Assembly (NCBI GenBank): GCA_015068565.1
Contig: SVKG01000001.1
Span: 2,710 to 66,709 of the forward strand
Direction of reading: 5' to 3'
Length of the DNA: 64,000 bases
From: Oscillospiraceae bacterium
Lineage (GTDB): Bacteria > Bacillota > Clostridia > UMGS1810
Shown piece by piece: positions 17,768 through 28,084 of the stretch. A program made the position numbers and the translations under genes. Position 1 is the stretch's first letter. Each line of letters begins with the position of its first letter. Below the pieces are notes generated by a model, which was not told the DNA's origin, ran no database searches, and saw only the letters and a program-made list of their open reading frames with translations.

Positions 17768-20341
17768 TTATTTTATGATGATGATTTCCTGAACTACGTT
17801 GTTGTATACTCTTACGAATACTCTTGAAGGATCAAGTTCATCGTATTTCTGGATATCACCGGCATCGGCTGCTGTAATCTGGTTTCTTGATTTTGCTGTG
17901 TCTATCTCATACACAAGGGCATCTCCGATTGCAAAGTTGTGAACTGTGCCGTCGCCAACCTGCATATTGAAAGATGTGGAGAATTTCTTGGTTACCTTAC
18001 CGTAGTAAGTGGTTGTCTTATCGGATACTTCAACCTCTGCCTCAGTATCTTTTGTTGAGATGTCGAAAAGCAATGTGATGTTTTCTATCTCTCCTGCTGC
18101 ATTGGTTTTAATCTGGATAACGTCACCCTGTTCGAGCGCTTTGTCACCTTTGACGAGTATGCCTGTGTCAACAGTTGTAAACTCTACCTTCTTACCGTTC
18201 TGGTATGCGTAGAGATGTTCGATATCATCGCCATCTTCGTTTCTGCCCTGGCTGATTTCGTCAACGATGGCTATGGCTGATTCTTCGTTGGCTATACCTG
18301 TTGAATTGGTTACTATAATCGCATTGGCTGTACGGTCTTCTGTTACGTCAAACACCAACACGTTGTACTTGTCGCCGTCTACGAAGAAATCGGAGTTTCT
18401 GATTGCAAAATCAGAAGAATCTGTTTTACCTGCGGGGATATCAAATACTACTGTATCTTTTGCTACGTTTACGCTCATAGATGAACCTACGAGTTTGCCT
18501 GACGCTGAATTATAAACTACGTCATCCTCCTGCATATTCATGGTGAATTTGCCCTCGTCGATTGTTGAAGATACTGTTGCAGTATTGATTTCTTTGATTT
18601 CGTCTGATGAATTGAGTTCGAAAGTAATAAGTTGTCCGACGATTTTTTCAGCATCGCCTTTTACTGCATCAAATGCATCTTCGGGCGAAAGTGCGCTTGT
18701 GCCGTTTACTTTTACCTTGGAACCTGACTTGTAGATTGCAGTTTTGCCGTCTTTTGTGAACACTTTGATTTCGAGGTATTCATCCATACCGCTTGACACG
18801 TTTGCGTCTACAAGGTATCCGTAGTTGCTGCTTACTGTTGTTTCAGAATCTACCGCGGCAATCTTACCCTCTACATCAAGATAGAAAGTACCTTCGTCTT
18901 CAAGGTTAACTGCGTTGGGGTAGTTCTTTGCTACCTTGTAGCCTTTGCCGTCGATATAATAGGTGTCGTTGCTCTTTCTGCTGATTTTGCCTTTTACTGA
19001 CTCATTGCATACCTCGGCATACACCAGGTCGCCGTCTTTACTGATGGTGGCTGTGATAACATCCCACTCTTTAAGGTCGCCGATTTCAATTCTCTCTGTA
19101 CCTTTTACAAGTACAAATGTGAGAGTTTCGTCTTCGGGGTCTGCTACGAGAGTTTTCTGGCCGTACTTATCTACAATCTTGTGTGAAGATTCAACTACCT
19201 CTTCAACTACATAGTTAACTGTTTCGTTAACGAACACTACGTCGTGTGAACCGTTTGTATCGGTATCGAGAAGTGTGATTGAACCTGAATCAATTTCTTT
19301 GAAATCCTCTGCTGTACCTGCTTTGCCGTTGTAGAGGATTGTGGCATCCTTGTGGATGGCTTCTTTGGTGGGTTTTTTGTCGTTGTCAAGGTCTGCCCAG
19401 TATTGAAGTTCTTTCTTGCTTTCGGTGTTTGTGATTTCAGCAATATTTTCGGCAGGAACAGTTACAGAATTGTTCTTACCCTCGGAAGGTCTGGCAAGGA
19501 GAAGTTCGCCGTCTTCGTTGATATATGCATCAACTGTGAATCCGAGTACCTGACGTACGTCTGCTGAACCTGTTTCGTATATTTCGTCTTCAATAAGAAT
19601 CTGGTTTTTGTTAAGGTTTGATGAACTGTCGAGAGATGCATTTCCTACTGCCTTAACCTGACCTACGATTTTCTCTACATTAAGTTTGTCTGCAAGGAGA
19701 GTTTTTTCTACTACTTCATAGTTTACGTCGTTACCGAAGCCTGTCTGCTCCATCATATTGATTGTAAGAGCGTTGTATGCAAGACGTGCAATATCGCCTC
19801 TGCTTACTGCCTTGTTCTGTGTGCCTGATACACCCTTTGTAAGACCGATATCAGAACCTGTTACAAGGTAGCCTGTGGGGAATCCGCCTTTTGCCTGTGC
19901 CTGAGGCTCATAACCCAAAGCACGAACAAGAATGGTTACGGCTTCTGCATAGGTGATTTTGTCGTCGGGACGGAAAGTACCGGCTGTGTCACCTACAACC
20001 ATCTTCTGGTCGGTTGCCACGTTGATAAAACCTGTTGCCCAGTGACCGTTAAAAACGTCAGGGTATTTTGTTGTGCCGCTTGTTACGTTTGCAACTTCGG
20101 TAAGACCGCTGATTGCAACTGCTACTTTGGCAGCCTCTGAACGGATGATGGCATCGTCAGGACGGAAAGCACCTGTGTCGTCACCTACCATTACATTGAG
20201 TACGCCGAGAACTTCGGCAGCCTCTTCATATTTTGTATTTGCTACATCTGACGGCACTGCCGCAAAAACTGCTGTCGCCATCATTGAGAATGTCATTATT
20301 GAAGTCAACACGGAAGCGATGAATTTTCTGCATTTTAACAT
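17768..20341 (-). CDS. S-layer / cell-surface protein with three N-terminal SLH domains
   Basis: 857 aa. Signal peptide ends ..AVFA. SLH repeats are present (FRPDDAIIRSEAAKVAV, GHWATGFINVA..TFRPDDKITYAEAVTILVRALGY). Strong AAGGAGG RBS and a long 5' UTR. Confidence 0.85.
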   Translation of the reverse strand: MLKCRKFIASVLTSIMTFSMMATAVFAAVPSDVANTKYEEAAEVLGVLNVMVGDDTGAFRPDDAIIRSEAAKVAVAISGLTEVANVTSGTTKYPDVFNGHWATGFINVATDQKMVVGDTAGTFRPDDKITYAEAVTILVRALGYEPQAQAKGGFPTGYLVTGSDIGLTKGVSGTQNKAVSRGDIARLAYNALTINMMEQTGFGNDVNYEVVEKTLLADKLNVEKIVGQVKAVGNASLDSSSNLNKNQILIEDEIYETGSADVRQVLGFTVDAYINEDGELLLARPSEGKNNSVTVPAENIAEITNTESKKELQYWADLDNDKKPTKEAIHKDATILYNGKAGTAEDFKEIDSGSITLLDTDTNGSHDVVFVNETVNYVVEEVVESSHKIVDKYGQKTLVADPEDETLTFVLVKGTERIEIGDLKEWDVITATISKDGDLVYAEVCNESVKGKISRKSNDTYYIDGKGYKVAKNYPNAVNLEDEGTFYLDVEGKIAAVDSETTVSSNYGYLVDANVSSGMDEYLEIKVFTKDGKTAIYKSGSKVKVNGTSALSPEDAFDAVKGDAEKIVGQLITFELNSSDEIKEINTATVSSTIDEGKFTMNMQEDDVVYNSASGKLVGSSMSVNVAKDTVVFDIPAGKTDSSDFAIRNSDFFVDGDKYNVLVFDVTEDRTANAIIVTNSTGIANEESAIAIVDEISQGRNEDGDDIEHLYAYQNGKKVEFTTVDTGILVKGDKALEQGDVIQIKTNAAGEIENITLLFDISTKDTEAEVEVSDKTTTYYGKVTKKFSTSFNMQVGDGTVHNFAIGDALVYEIDTAKSRNQITAADAGDIQKYDELDPSRVFVRVYNNVVQEIIIIK

Positions 20342-20522
20342 TAAATGTTTCCTCCTTATAATGTTTTGGGAGGCATACCCCCCTATGTTTGCCCGACCTC
20401 GGGAAAATGTTTGTCTCCCTGTCGGCTGTGTATATCATATCGTATATCTTAAAACATATCAACCATCAATATATTCCAATATATCCAGTTTTACAAACAT
20501 AAAATTTTTGATTTTGACAAAC

Positions 20523-20554
20523 AAAAAACGACTTACCCAGAGGGGGTAAGTCGT
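20523..20554 (-). terminator. rho-independent terminator of pck
   Basis: 11-bp stem acgacttaccc (20528-20538) / gggtaagtcgt (20544-20554), with a T-run on the minus strand. Confidence 0.8.
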
Positions 20555-20570
20555 TTTGATTTTTATAAAA

Positions 20571-22352
20571 TTATTTTTTGAGATTGCCTTCGAGAATTCC
20601 CAGTTGTTTTGCAATCTCTGCGGGGAGTCTGTCGCCAAACTGTGCGAAGTATTCCTTCTGGTCTGCAACGTCTTCGAGCCATACGTTTTTATCAACGGTA
20701 AGAAGTTCTTTAAGAACATCTTCGCTGATGTCGAGGTTTGTAACGTCGATATCTGCCATATCGGGCAAGTATCCGATTTCGCTCTCAGTAGCACCAACCT
20801 TGCCCTCGCAACGGTCAAGAATCCAGAGAAGAACACGCATATTATCACCGAATCCGGGCCACATAAAGTTGCCTTCGTCATCCTGACGGAACCAGTTAAC
20901 ATGGAAAATCTTGGGCGCTTTGTCTGCATCCATCTTTTTACCCATCTCTAACCAGTGACCGAAGTAGTCAGCCATATTGTAGCCAACGAAAGGTTTCATA
21001 GCCATGGGGTCACGTCTTACAACACCAACAGCACCGGCTGCGGCAGCGGTTGTTTCAGATGCCATTGTAGCACCTACGAACACGCCGTGTTCCCAATCTC
21101 TTGCCTGGTATACCAACGGAGCAGTTTTAGCACGTCTGCCGCCGAATACGATAGCAGAAATCGGCACACCCTGGGGATTTTCGAATTCAGAAGAAATGCA
21201 GGGGCAGTTTATTGCAGGAGCAGTAAATCTGGAATTGGGATGTGCAAGTTTGTTGCCGGCAGCGGTGTACTCTTTGCCGTTTACTTTTGCACCCTTCCAC
21301 TCGGTTGCATTCTCGGGAGGATTCTTATCAAGACCTTCCCACCATACTGTGTTATCGTCGTTATTGATTGCTACGTTGGTAAAGATAGTATTTTTCTTTG
21401 TTGCTTCCAAAGCGTTGAAGTTTGTCTTTTCGCTTGTGCCGGGAGCAACGCCGAAGAATCCTGCCTCGGGGTTTATTGCATAGAGTCTGCCGTCTGCACC
21501 GATGCGGAGCCATGAAATATCATCGCCTACTGTCCACACTTTATAGCCTTTTTCTTTAAGATACTCGGGGGGAATAAGCATTGCCAGGTTGGTTTTACCA
21601 CAGGCAGAGGGGAATGCTGCACAGATGTACTTAACCTCACCCTGGGGATTTTCAAGACCTAAAATGAGCATGTGCTCAGCCATCCAGCCCTCCTGCATAC
21701 CGAGGTATGATGCAATACGGAGTGCAAAGCATTTTTTACCCAAAAGTACGTTGCCGCCGTAAGCGGAGTTGATTGACCAGATTGTTGAATCCTGCGGAAA
21801 CTGAACGATATATCTTTCTTCGGGATTAACGTCTTTTTTAGCGTGGAGACATTTAACAAAATCTCCGTCCTCGCCGAGGGCTTCCAAAACTTTGTCACCG
21901 ATTCTTGTCATAATCGCCATATTGAGTACAACATAGATGCTGTCTGTAAGTTCGATACCGATTTTTGAAAAAGGTGAACCCACAGGACCCATTGAATAGG
22001 GAATTACATACATAGTTCTGCCAACCATTGAACCGTCGTAGAGTTTTTTAAGTTTGGCATACATCTCATCGGGAGCCATCCAGTTATTAACGGGACCTGC
22101 CTCTTCCTTGGTGGGAGTGCATATAAAAGTTCTGTCCTCTACACGGGCAACGTCGTTCTCGGCTGTTCTGTGGTAGTAGCAACCGGGGAGTTTTTCCTGA
22201 TTGAGTTTTATCATCTCACCTGTGGCACACGCTTCGGCACGGAGTTCTTCGAGCTGAGCCTCACTGCCGTCAATCCATACGATTGAATCAGGCTTTGTCA
22301 TCGCTGACATTTCGTCAAGCCAGGCAATGACTTTTTTGTTAGTCGTTTTCAT
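20571..22352 (-). CDS. pck: phosphoenolpyruvate carboxykinase (GTP)
   Basis: 593 aa. GTP-PEPCK signatures include FPSACGKTNLAML and the WF(R)..DG.F.WPGFG region. Confidence 0.9.
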   Translation of the reverse strand: MKTTNKKVIAWLDEMSAMTKPDSIVWIDGSEAQLEELRAEACATGEMIKLNQEKLPGCYYHRTAENDVARVEDRTFICTPTKEEAGPVNNWMAPDEMYAKLKKLYDGSMVGRTMYVIPYSMGPVGSPFSKIGIELTDSIYVVLNMAIMTRIGDKVLEALGEDGDFVKCLHAKKDVNPEERYIVQFPQDSTIWSINSAYGGNVLLGKKCFALRIASYLGMQEGWMAEHMLILGLENPQGEVKYICAAFPSACGKTNLAMLIPPEYLKEKGYKVWTVGDDISWLRIGADGRLYAINPEAGFFGVAPGTSEKTNFNALEATKKNTIFTNVAINNDDNTVWWEGLDKNPPENATEWKGAKVNGKEYTAAGNKLAHPNSRFTAPAINCPCISSEFENPQGVPISAIVFGGRRAKTAPLVYQARDWEHGVFVGATMASETTAAAAGAVGVVRRDPMAMKPFVGYNMADYFGHWLEMGKKMDADKAPKIFHVNWFRQDDEGNFMWPGFGDNMRVLLWILDRCEGKVGATESEIGYLPDMADIDVTNLDISEDVLKELLTVDKNVWLEDVADQKEYFAQFGDRLPAEIAKQLGILEGNLKK

Positions 22353-22456
22353 AATAAATTCCTCCTGTATCTGTATAATAATTAAACTATCAATCTAACC
22401 CATATTATATATATTTCTATATGCTTCCTTTAAATCCTTTTTTTAAGTTTAAAAAA

Positions 22457-23674
22457 TCATAACTTTTTGCGCAGTATGGAAAACTCTTTTACGGGGGAGT
22501 CGGTTTTCATATAAACTGTCATCTGTGCATTGGGAGCAACTGTGATACTCTCTCCGTCGGCGTTTTTCATATCCTTTGCAATCTGGGTAAAGTACCCCTC
22601 TTTCGGAACGAGGATTTCAAGTTCGTCGCCGTCAAAAAATCTGTTGCGCTGCTCTATGGTGGCAATACCGGTGTCTTTGTCGTAATCTTTTACAACACCG
22701 ACTATTCCGTATTCCCTGATATACTCGCTGCTTTCAAAATTATGCGCATCGGCACCCGGTTTTTTAAAATAAAACCCCGTGGTGTACCCTCTGTGGCTTA
22801 CTTTGGAAAGTTCTGTGAGCAGGGCCTTGTCTGTTTTATAGCCCTTGGGGTTTTCAAAATAAGTGTCAATCGCTTTTCTGTACGCTGACACAACAGTTGC
22901 CACATACAGTTCGTTCTTTACTCTGCCCTCTATTTTAAAACTGTCAATACCTGCCTCGCAAAGTTCAGGTACATACTCTATCATACACAAATCCTTTGAA
23001 TTGAATATAAACGTACCGCGCTCCGTTTCAACAACGGGCATCTCCTCATCGGGACGGGTTTTTTCTTTTATCGAATACTCCCAGCGGCATGGATGGGCAC
23101 AGGCACCCTGATTGGCACCTCTGCCGGTGAAATAGTTACTCATAAGGCATCTGCCCGAATATGATATACACATAGCACCGTGGATAAAAGTTTCTATCTC
23201 TATATCACACTCTGATTTGATACGGCGAATCTCCTCAAAGGAGAGTTCACGGGCAGGGACAACCCTTGTGGCACCAAGGGCTTTCCACGCGCCTACTGCG
23301 GCTGAGTTAGTGGTATTTGCCTGTGTGCTTATATGGATATCAAGGGTGGGGGCGGCAGTTTTTACAGTATTCAGAGCGCCGATATCCGACACTATAACAG
23401 CATCAACGCCTATAAGTTCCAGATACTTTGCATACTCGGCAAGATCATCAATATCTGTATTGTGGCAAAATATATTGACCGCTACATAAATCTTTTTGCC
23501 AAGATTGTGAGTATAACGGACAGCCTCTTCAAGTTCTGCACGGCTGAAATTTTTTGATGCGGTGCGCAGGGAGAATTCTTCGCCCCCCACATACACAGCG
23601 TCCGCGCCGTAGGCAAAAGCATATTTAAGTGTGTTAAAACTCCCTGCGGGAGCGAGAAGTTCGGGTTTTTTCAT
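22457..23674 (-). CDS. peptidase U32 family protein (TrhP/YrrO-like, possible tRNA U34 hydroxylation factor)
   Basis: 405 aa with a U32-family core (ELLAPAGS.., E.F.HGAMC.SYSGRC..S). Lies adjacent to a YrrM-like methyltransferase gene. Confidence 0.75.
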   Translation of the reverse strand: MKKPELLAPAGSFNTLKYAFAYGADAVYVGGEEFSLRTASKNFSRAELEEAVRYTHNLGKKIYVAVNIFCHNTDIDDLAEYAKYLELIGVDAVIVSDIGALNTVKTAAPTLDIHISTQANTTNSAAVGAWKALGATRVVPARELSFEEIRRIKSECDIEIETFIHGAMCISYSGRCLMSNYFTGRGANQGACAHPCRWEYSIKEKTRPDEEMPVVETERGTFIFNSKDLCMIEYVPELCEAGIDSFKIEGRVKNELYVATVVSAYRKAIDTYFENPKGYKTDKALLTELSKVSHRGYTTGFYFKKPGADAHNFESSEYIREYGIVGVVKDYDKDTGIATIEQRNRFFDGDELEILVPKEGYFTQIAKDMKNADGESITVAPNAQMTVYMKTDSPVKEFSILRKKL

Positions 23675-23706
23675 ATCATCTCTCCGATAATCATACTGTT
23701 TTAATG

Positions 23707-24303
23707 CTATCTCTTTGTTATCAAAAGTATTCCGTCCTCGGTTTTTATAAGGCGGGAGGTGACTCGCTCATCTGCTTCCACAATACTTATAAACTGACGG
23801 AGATTGTTTACGATTGTTCTGTGCTTTCTTGCGGCTTCGCCTTCTTTTTCCACAAGTCCCGCAAACAGCACGTTATCTGCAAAGATTACTCCGCCGCTGT
23901 TTAAAAGGCGCAGACAGTCCTCGTAATAGTCTATATAATGTGATTTGTCCGCATCTAAAAATATCAGGTCCACAGGCCTGTCCATTGATTGCAAAAGCGT
24001 AAGGGCATCATCCTCTACAAGGCGGATGCGGCCGCCCATTTCTGCCTTTGCAATGTTATCCCTTGCCATAGCGGCTCTCTCCCCGTCACGTTCAACGGTG
24101 ATAATACGCCCGTCACTGTCCATACAGCGGCACAGAGATATTGCGCTGTAACCTATTGCTGCGCCAAGTTCCAGTATACGCCGCGGCTTCTTTTCCTCTA
24201 CAATAGAACACAAAATCCGCTCCGTTTCCGGGCGGATTATTGGTACATAATTCTGCGCCGCATAAAGGCGCATTGATTTTAAAAGTTCGTCAGTTTTACT
24301 CAT
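23707..24303 (-). CDS. class I SAM-dependent O-methyltransferase (YrrM/TrmR-like)
   Basis: 198 aa. SAM motif ILELGAAIGYS and DLIFLDADK, typical of the caffeoyl-CoA-OMT-like family. 4-nt overlap with proB. Confidence 0.75.
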   Translation of the reverse strand: MSKTDELLKSMRLYAAQNYVPIIRPETERILCSIVEEKKPRRILELGAAIGYSAISLCRCMDSDGRIITVERDGERAAMARDNIAKAEMGGRIRLVEDDALTLLQSMDRPVDLIFLDADKSHYIDYYEDCLRLLNSGGVIFADNVLFAGLVEKEGEAARKHRTIVNNLRQFISIVEADERVTSRLIKTEDGILLITKR

Positions 24304-25082
24304 ATCTTCTTCCTGAACAAAGTTCCCGGATTCTCCCCGTCTGTTATACGGTAGAGCACGTCGGGGTTTTCTCCGTTAGTAATTATCATATCGACACCTG
24401 CGGCGGTGGCAATCTCTGCCGCACATATCTTGGTTACCATACCGCCCGTTCCGCGGCTTGTACCGCTGCCACCTGCAATGGCGCGGATACTGTCGTCAAT
24501 AAAGTCAACCTCGGGTATAATACGGGCATCGGCAAACTTGTGGGGGTCTTTATCGTACAGCCCGTCAATATCGGACAAAAGCACCAGCAAATCCGCCTCA
24601 ACAAGTTCTGCCACTATGGCAGACAGTGTGTCGTTATCGCCAAACTCAATCTGCTCAGTGGAGATTGTGTCATTTTCGTTTACGATAGGGATGGCGTTAA
24701 GGTCAAAAAGAGTTTCAAAAGTGTTCCTTGCATTGGTGCGCATAAGTTCATCTTCCGTAACATTTTTTGTAAGAAGAATCTGCGCCACTGTGTGCCCGTA
24801 GGATTCGAAGTTTCTGCTGTAAAAATTCATCAACTCACACTGACCCACAGATGCAAGAGCCTGTTTTTCCCTTGTGCAGTCCGGGCGTTTTGATATGCCC
24901 AGTTTACCCATACCCACACCAATAGCGCCTGATGAAACCAATACAACCTCTACACCGCTGTTGCGGATGTCGGATAAGATTTTAACAAGTTTCTCAAACC
25001 GGCGTATATTAAGTCTGCCTCCCTCGTGGGTGAGGGTGGATGTGCCGACTTTAATAACGATTCTTTTATTACCGTTTGCCAT
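24300..25082 (-). CDS. proB: glutamate 5-kinase (short form without PUA domain)
   Basis: Start set to MANGNKRIVIKVGTSTLT. Amino-acid-kinase fold motifs present (VSSGA, NENDT, SDIDGLY). Confidence 0.85.
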   Translation of the reverse strand: MANGNKRIVIKVGTSTLTHEGGRLNIRRFEKLVKILSDIRNSGVEVVLVSSGAIGVGMGKLGISKRPDCTREKQALASVGQCELMNFYSRNFESYGHTVAQILLTKNVTEDELMRTNARNTFETLFDLNAIPIVNENDTISTEQIEFGDNDTLSAIVAELVEADLLVLLSDIDGLYDKDPHKFADARIIPEVDFIDDSIRAIAGGSGTSRGTGGMVTKICAAEIATAAGVDMIITNGENPDVLYRITDGENPGTLFRKKI

Positions 25083-25563
25083 TCTGCAACTCCGCTCTGC
25101 TGTTACGCAATGTGTCAGTAAGTTTTGTAAGACTTGCACTTGACTGCGCAGTCACATCACGAAGACCGAGTTCTGCTTTTTTAAGAATGTCATCGGCAAA
25201 CTGCAATGTGCCGAGTCTTATCTCACGGCTGTTTGCCTGTGCAGTGGCGATAATCTCGTTAGCCTTTGCATTGGCGCGTTTTGTAATCTCATGCTCGTCA
25301 ATGAGAGAAACAATCTTCTCCTCTGCACCTTTCAAGATAAGGTCTGCCTGTCTTTTTGCATCGCCGAGGATTCTCTGTCTGTCCTCTGCAACGGATTTCG
25401 CGATGCGCACTTCTTCGGGGATATGCAAACTTATATCCCTGATAATTTCCATAACCTCTTCCTTATTGATAAAGGTTTTACGGATAATGGGAAACTCAAA
25501 GCCGCTGTCTATTATGTCCTCCAACTCGCTCAACAATTCGATGATATCGGTACCTTTTTCCAT
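25069..25563 (-). CDS. hypothetical coiled-coil protein (ATPase subunit b/H-like low-complexity helices)
   Basis: 164-aa, charged helical sequence with no catalytic motif. Sits between coaD and proB and overlaps proB by 14 nt. Confidence 0.5.
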   Translation of the reverse strand: MEKGTDIIELLSELEDIIDSGFEFPIIRKTFINKEEVMEIIRDISLHIPEEVRIAKSVAEDRQRILGDAKRQADLILKGAEEKIVSLIDEHEITKRANAKANEIIATAQANSREIRLGTLQFADDILKKAELGLRDVTAQSSASLTKLTDTLRNSRAELQNGKR

Positions 25564-25599
25564 GGTTCACCAATCCTTTCAAATTTTTTCAGATCAAAA

Positions 25600-26100
25600 T
25601 CATTTTTTGTTTACCTGTACAGCACGTTGAATAATCTCAGGAATCAAATCCTCCGGTACAAGACCGTCTAAATTGCCGCCGTACTTGGCGACTTCCTTTA
25701 CGATGCTGGAACTTAAATATGAGTACTTGTTTGAAGTCATCATAAAAAGTGTTTCAACATCTTTAAGTAATTTATGGTTCATCAATGCCATCTGAAATTC
25801 GTACTCAAAATCAGATACGGCACGGAGTCCTTTAATGATTACGTTTGCCTTTTTGTCAGCGACAAAATCTACCAAAAGCCCGTCAAAACTTGCAACTACC
25901 ACGTTTGTAAGTCCTTTTGCGGCGATTGACCGCTCCAACATATCAATCCGTTCCGAAACAGAAAACATCGGCGATTTACTGCTGTTGGTCAAAATAGCAA
26001 CATACACTTTTTCAAAAATTCTCGACGCCCTTTTAATAATATCGAGATGCCCGTTTGTAACGGGGTCAAAAGAACCGGGATACACTGCAATATTTTTCAT
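25600..26100 (-). CDS. coaD: phosphopantetheine adenylyltransferase
   Basis: 166 aa with [11 protein letters not shown] (HxGH) and the ISS.VKE motif. Confidence 0.9.
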   Translation of the reverse strand: MKNIAVYPGSFDPVTNGHLDIIKRASRIFEKVYVAILTNSSKSPMFSVSERIDMLERSIAAKGLTNVVVASFDGLLVDFVADKKANVIIKGLRAVSDFEYEFQMALMNHKLLKDVETLFMMTSNKYSYLSSSIVKEVAKYGGNLDGLVPEDLIPEIIQRAVQVNKK

Positions 26101-26643
26101 CTATTCTCTCTCCTTATGGCAAAGCACATACACTGCCACCTTACCGTAGGTGCGTCTGCGGTATACCTCAAACCCTCTGGTGTCAAGTTCTGCACCCTTG
26201 CTGCATTCGGCAACAATTATGCCGCCCTCTGACAAAAGGGCTTTGTCCCGCACGGTATCGAGTACCGCTTCGTAGTATCCCGCCTGATAGGGCGGATCTA
26301 AAAATATTACGTCATAGGCTTTGGTGCATTTTGCAAGGAAACTCTTAAAATCGCAGTGATGCACCCGACAGTTTACAAGGCGGGTTTTGTCTGTGTTTTT
26401 ATTTATAACACCTACCGCCGAGGAGTCAGAATCTACAAAATCCGCAAACGCAGCACCACGGCTAAGTGCTTCAAGCCCCATGGCTCCGCTGCCGGCAAAA
26501 AGGTCTAAAACCTCACTGCCCGGTATATACTCACAAATCATACTGAACACCGCTTCCCGCACTCTGTCAAGGGTGGGACGGGTGCCCTCCCCCTCAGGAG
26601 AAAACAACTTGGTACCTCTTGCTTTGCCCGATATGATCCTCAA
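26101..26643 (-). CDS. rsmD: 16S rRNA (guanine966-N2)-methyltransferase RsmD
   Basis: 180 aa with DLFAGSGAMGLEALSRGA and DPPY motifs. The stop abuts the coaD start. Confidence 0.85.
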   Translation of the reverse strand: MRIISGKARGTKLFSPEGEGTRPTLDRVREAVFSMICEYIPGSEVLDLFAGSGAMGLEALSRGAAFADFVDSDSSAVGVINKNTDKTRLVNCRVHHCDFKSFLAKCTKAYDVIFLDPPYQAGYYEAVLDTVRDKALLSEGGIIVAECSKGAELDTRGFEVYRRRTYGKVAVYVLCHKERE

Positions 26644-26783
26644 CTGACTATACCACTCCTATGATAATACTGTATTTATTATATAGTTATATGCCCTTTT
26701 TGTCAAGAAAAATTTATTTTCCCGTACATATCGACAATTTTCTGTGCATATATTTAATCAGCGTATTTTGTATGGGGGTCAAG

Positions 26784-28061
26784 ATGAAGAAAAAGGAATT
26801 TGTCTCCGCAGTGTTTACCCTTACCCTGTCAATGCTTATCATACAGGCTACCTCAATGGCGTTCAATGTGTTTGTTTCAGCCAGAATAGGCAGCAGCGGG
26901 ATGGGGCTGTTTCACCTTATAATGTCGGTGTATAATCTGGCGGCAACGATTGCAATATCGGGAATCCCCCTTGCTGCAACCCGCATAACGTCAGCATTGC
27001 GGAGAAAAAGCGATGCCGGATGCGTTTTGAAAAAATGTCTTACCCTTGCATCTGTATTCGGGGGCGGGGCATTTTGTCTGCTTTATTTATCCGCGCCGTC
27101 GATTGCGGAAAAAATAATAAAAGTCCCCGAGGGCGTAATACCTTTGCGAATCCTTGCCTGTGCCCTGCCGACTATTGCAATCTCTGCCGCTATGAACGGA
27201 TACTTTACGGGACTTCAAAAGGTATCGTATATAACGGTGGGAAAAATGGCGGAGGAGTTTTCGTCAATCTTTATTACGCTTATCCTTTTAAAGGTTTTCG
27301 GCACAAGGAATAACCCCTGCACACTGCTCTCTTGCGCTATCGCCCTTTCGTCTCTTTTAGGTTGTATCTTAAACGGTGTGATGTGCTTTTTGTCTGTGAA
27401 AAAGTGTTGCGCAAAGAGTGTGGTAAGTTACAGAAAAGTTTTAAATGTTTCACTCCCCGTGGCGGCGGGGGCATATATGCGGTCTGCCCTAAACACTGCC
27501 GAAAATCTTATTATCCCCACCGCCTTAACACGCTCGGGAATAACAGACGCCCTCTCACGATACGGAACATTAAAGGGGATGGCAATACCAGTACTGACTT
27601 TTCCCTATGTTTTTCTGCACTCGCTTATCTCACTGCTTATACCGGAAATATCGGGCAGGTTTGCCCTTAAATCTAAAAAAAGCGTTCTCCGTGCGGCAAA
27701 ACTGTCCCTTACAGCAACATTTTTATTCGGCACTGTTGTAGCATCAGTACTGTTTATTCAGGGCAGACGCCTTGGGTTTGCACTTTACAAAAATCCCGAA
27801 GCGGGGCTGTACATAGCAGCACTGTCGCTCCTTGCGATACCAATGTATATAGACTCTGTTACAGACGGCATACTCAAAGGGTTAAATCAGCAGGTGTACT
27901 GCCTTAAAATAAACGTGATTGATTCTATGTCAAGGCTGCCACTTATATGGTTTGTCCTCCCAATCTGGGGCGTGTGGGGGTACATAGCAATAATGTATAT
28001 CAGTGAACTTGTAAATCTCTCCCTGTCACTGGCTCGGCTGAAAAAAGTTCTTGCCCAATAG
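26784..28061 (+). CDS. MOP-superfamily flippase (polysaccharide biosynthesis / SpoVB-like)
   Basis: Start set to MKKKEFVS. About 12 predicted TM helices with a typical Polysacc_synt/MurJ-like layout. Confidence 0.65.
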   Translation: MKKKEFVSAVFTLTLSMLIIQATSMAFNVFVSARIGSSGMGLFHLIMSVYNLAATIAISGIPLAATRITSALRRKSDAGCVLKKCLTLASVFGGGAFCLLYLSAPSIAEKIIKVPEGVIPLRILACALPTIAISAAMNGYFTGLQKVSYITVGKMAEEFSSIFITLILLKVFGTRNNPCTLLSCAIALSSLLGCILNGVMCFLSVKKCCAKSVVSYRKVLNVSLPVAAGAYMRSALNTAENLIIPTALTRSGITDALSRYGTLKGMAIPVLTFPYVFLHSLISLLIPEISGRFALKSKKSVLRAAKLSLTATFLFGTVVASVLFIQGRRLGFALYKNPEAGLYIAALSLLAIPMYIDSVTDGILKGLNQQVYCLKINVIDSMSRLPLIWFVLPIWGVWGYIAIMYISELVNLSLSLARLKKVLAQ

Positions 28062-28084
28062 CCGCAATTATGGTATAGTGTATA

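Noticed and set aside
23165-23180. DnaA-box-like CGTGGATAA inside the U32 gene, checked as a hint of an origin
   Set aside because: It is a single imperfect box inside a coding region with no cluster or AT-rich unwinding element. There is no dnaA/dnaN context.
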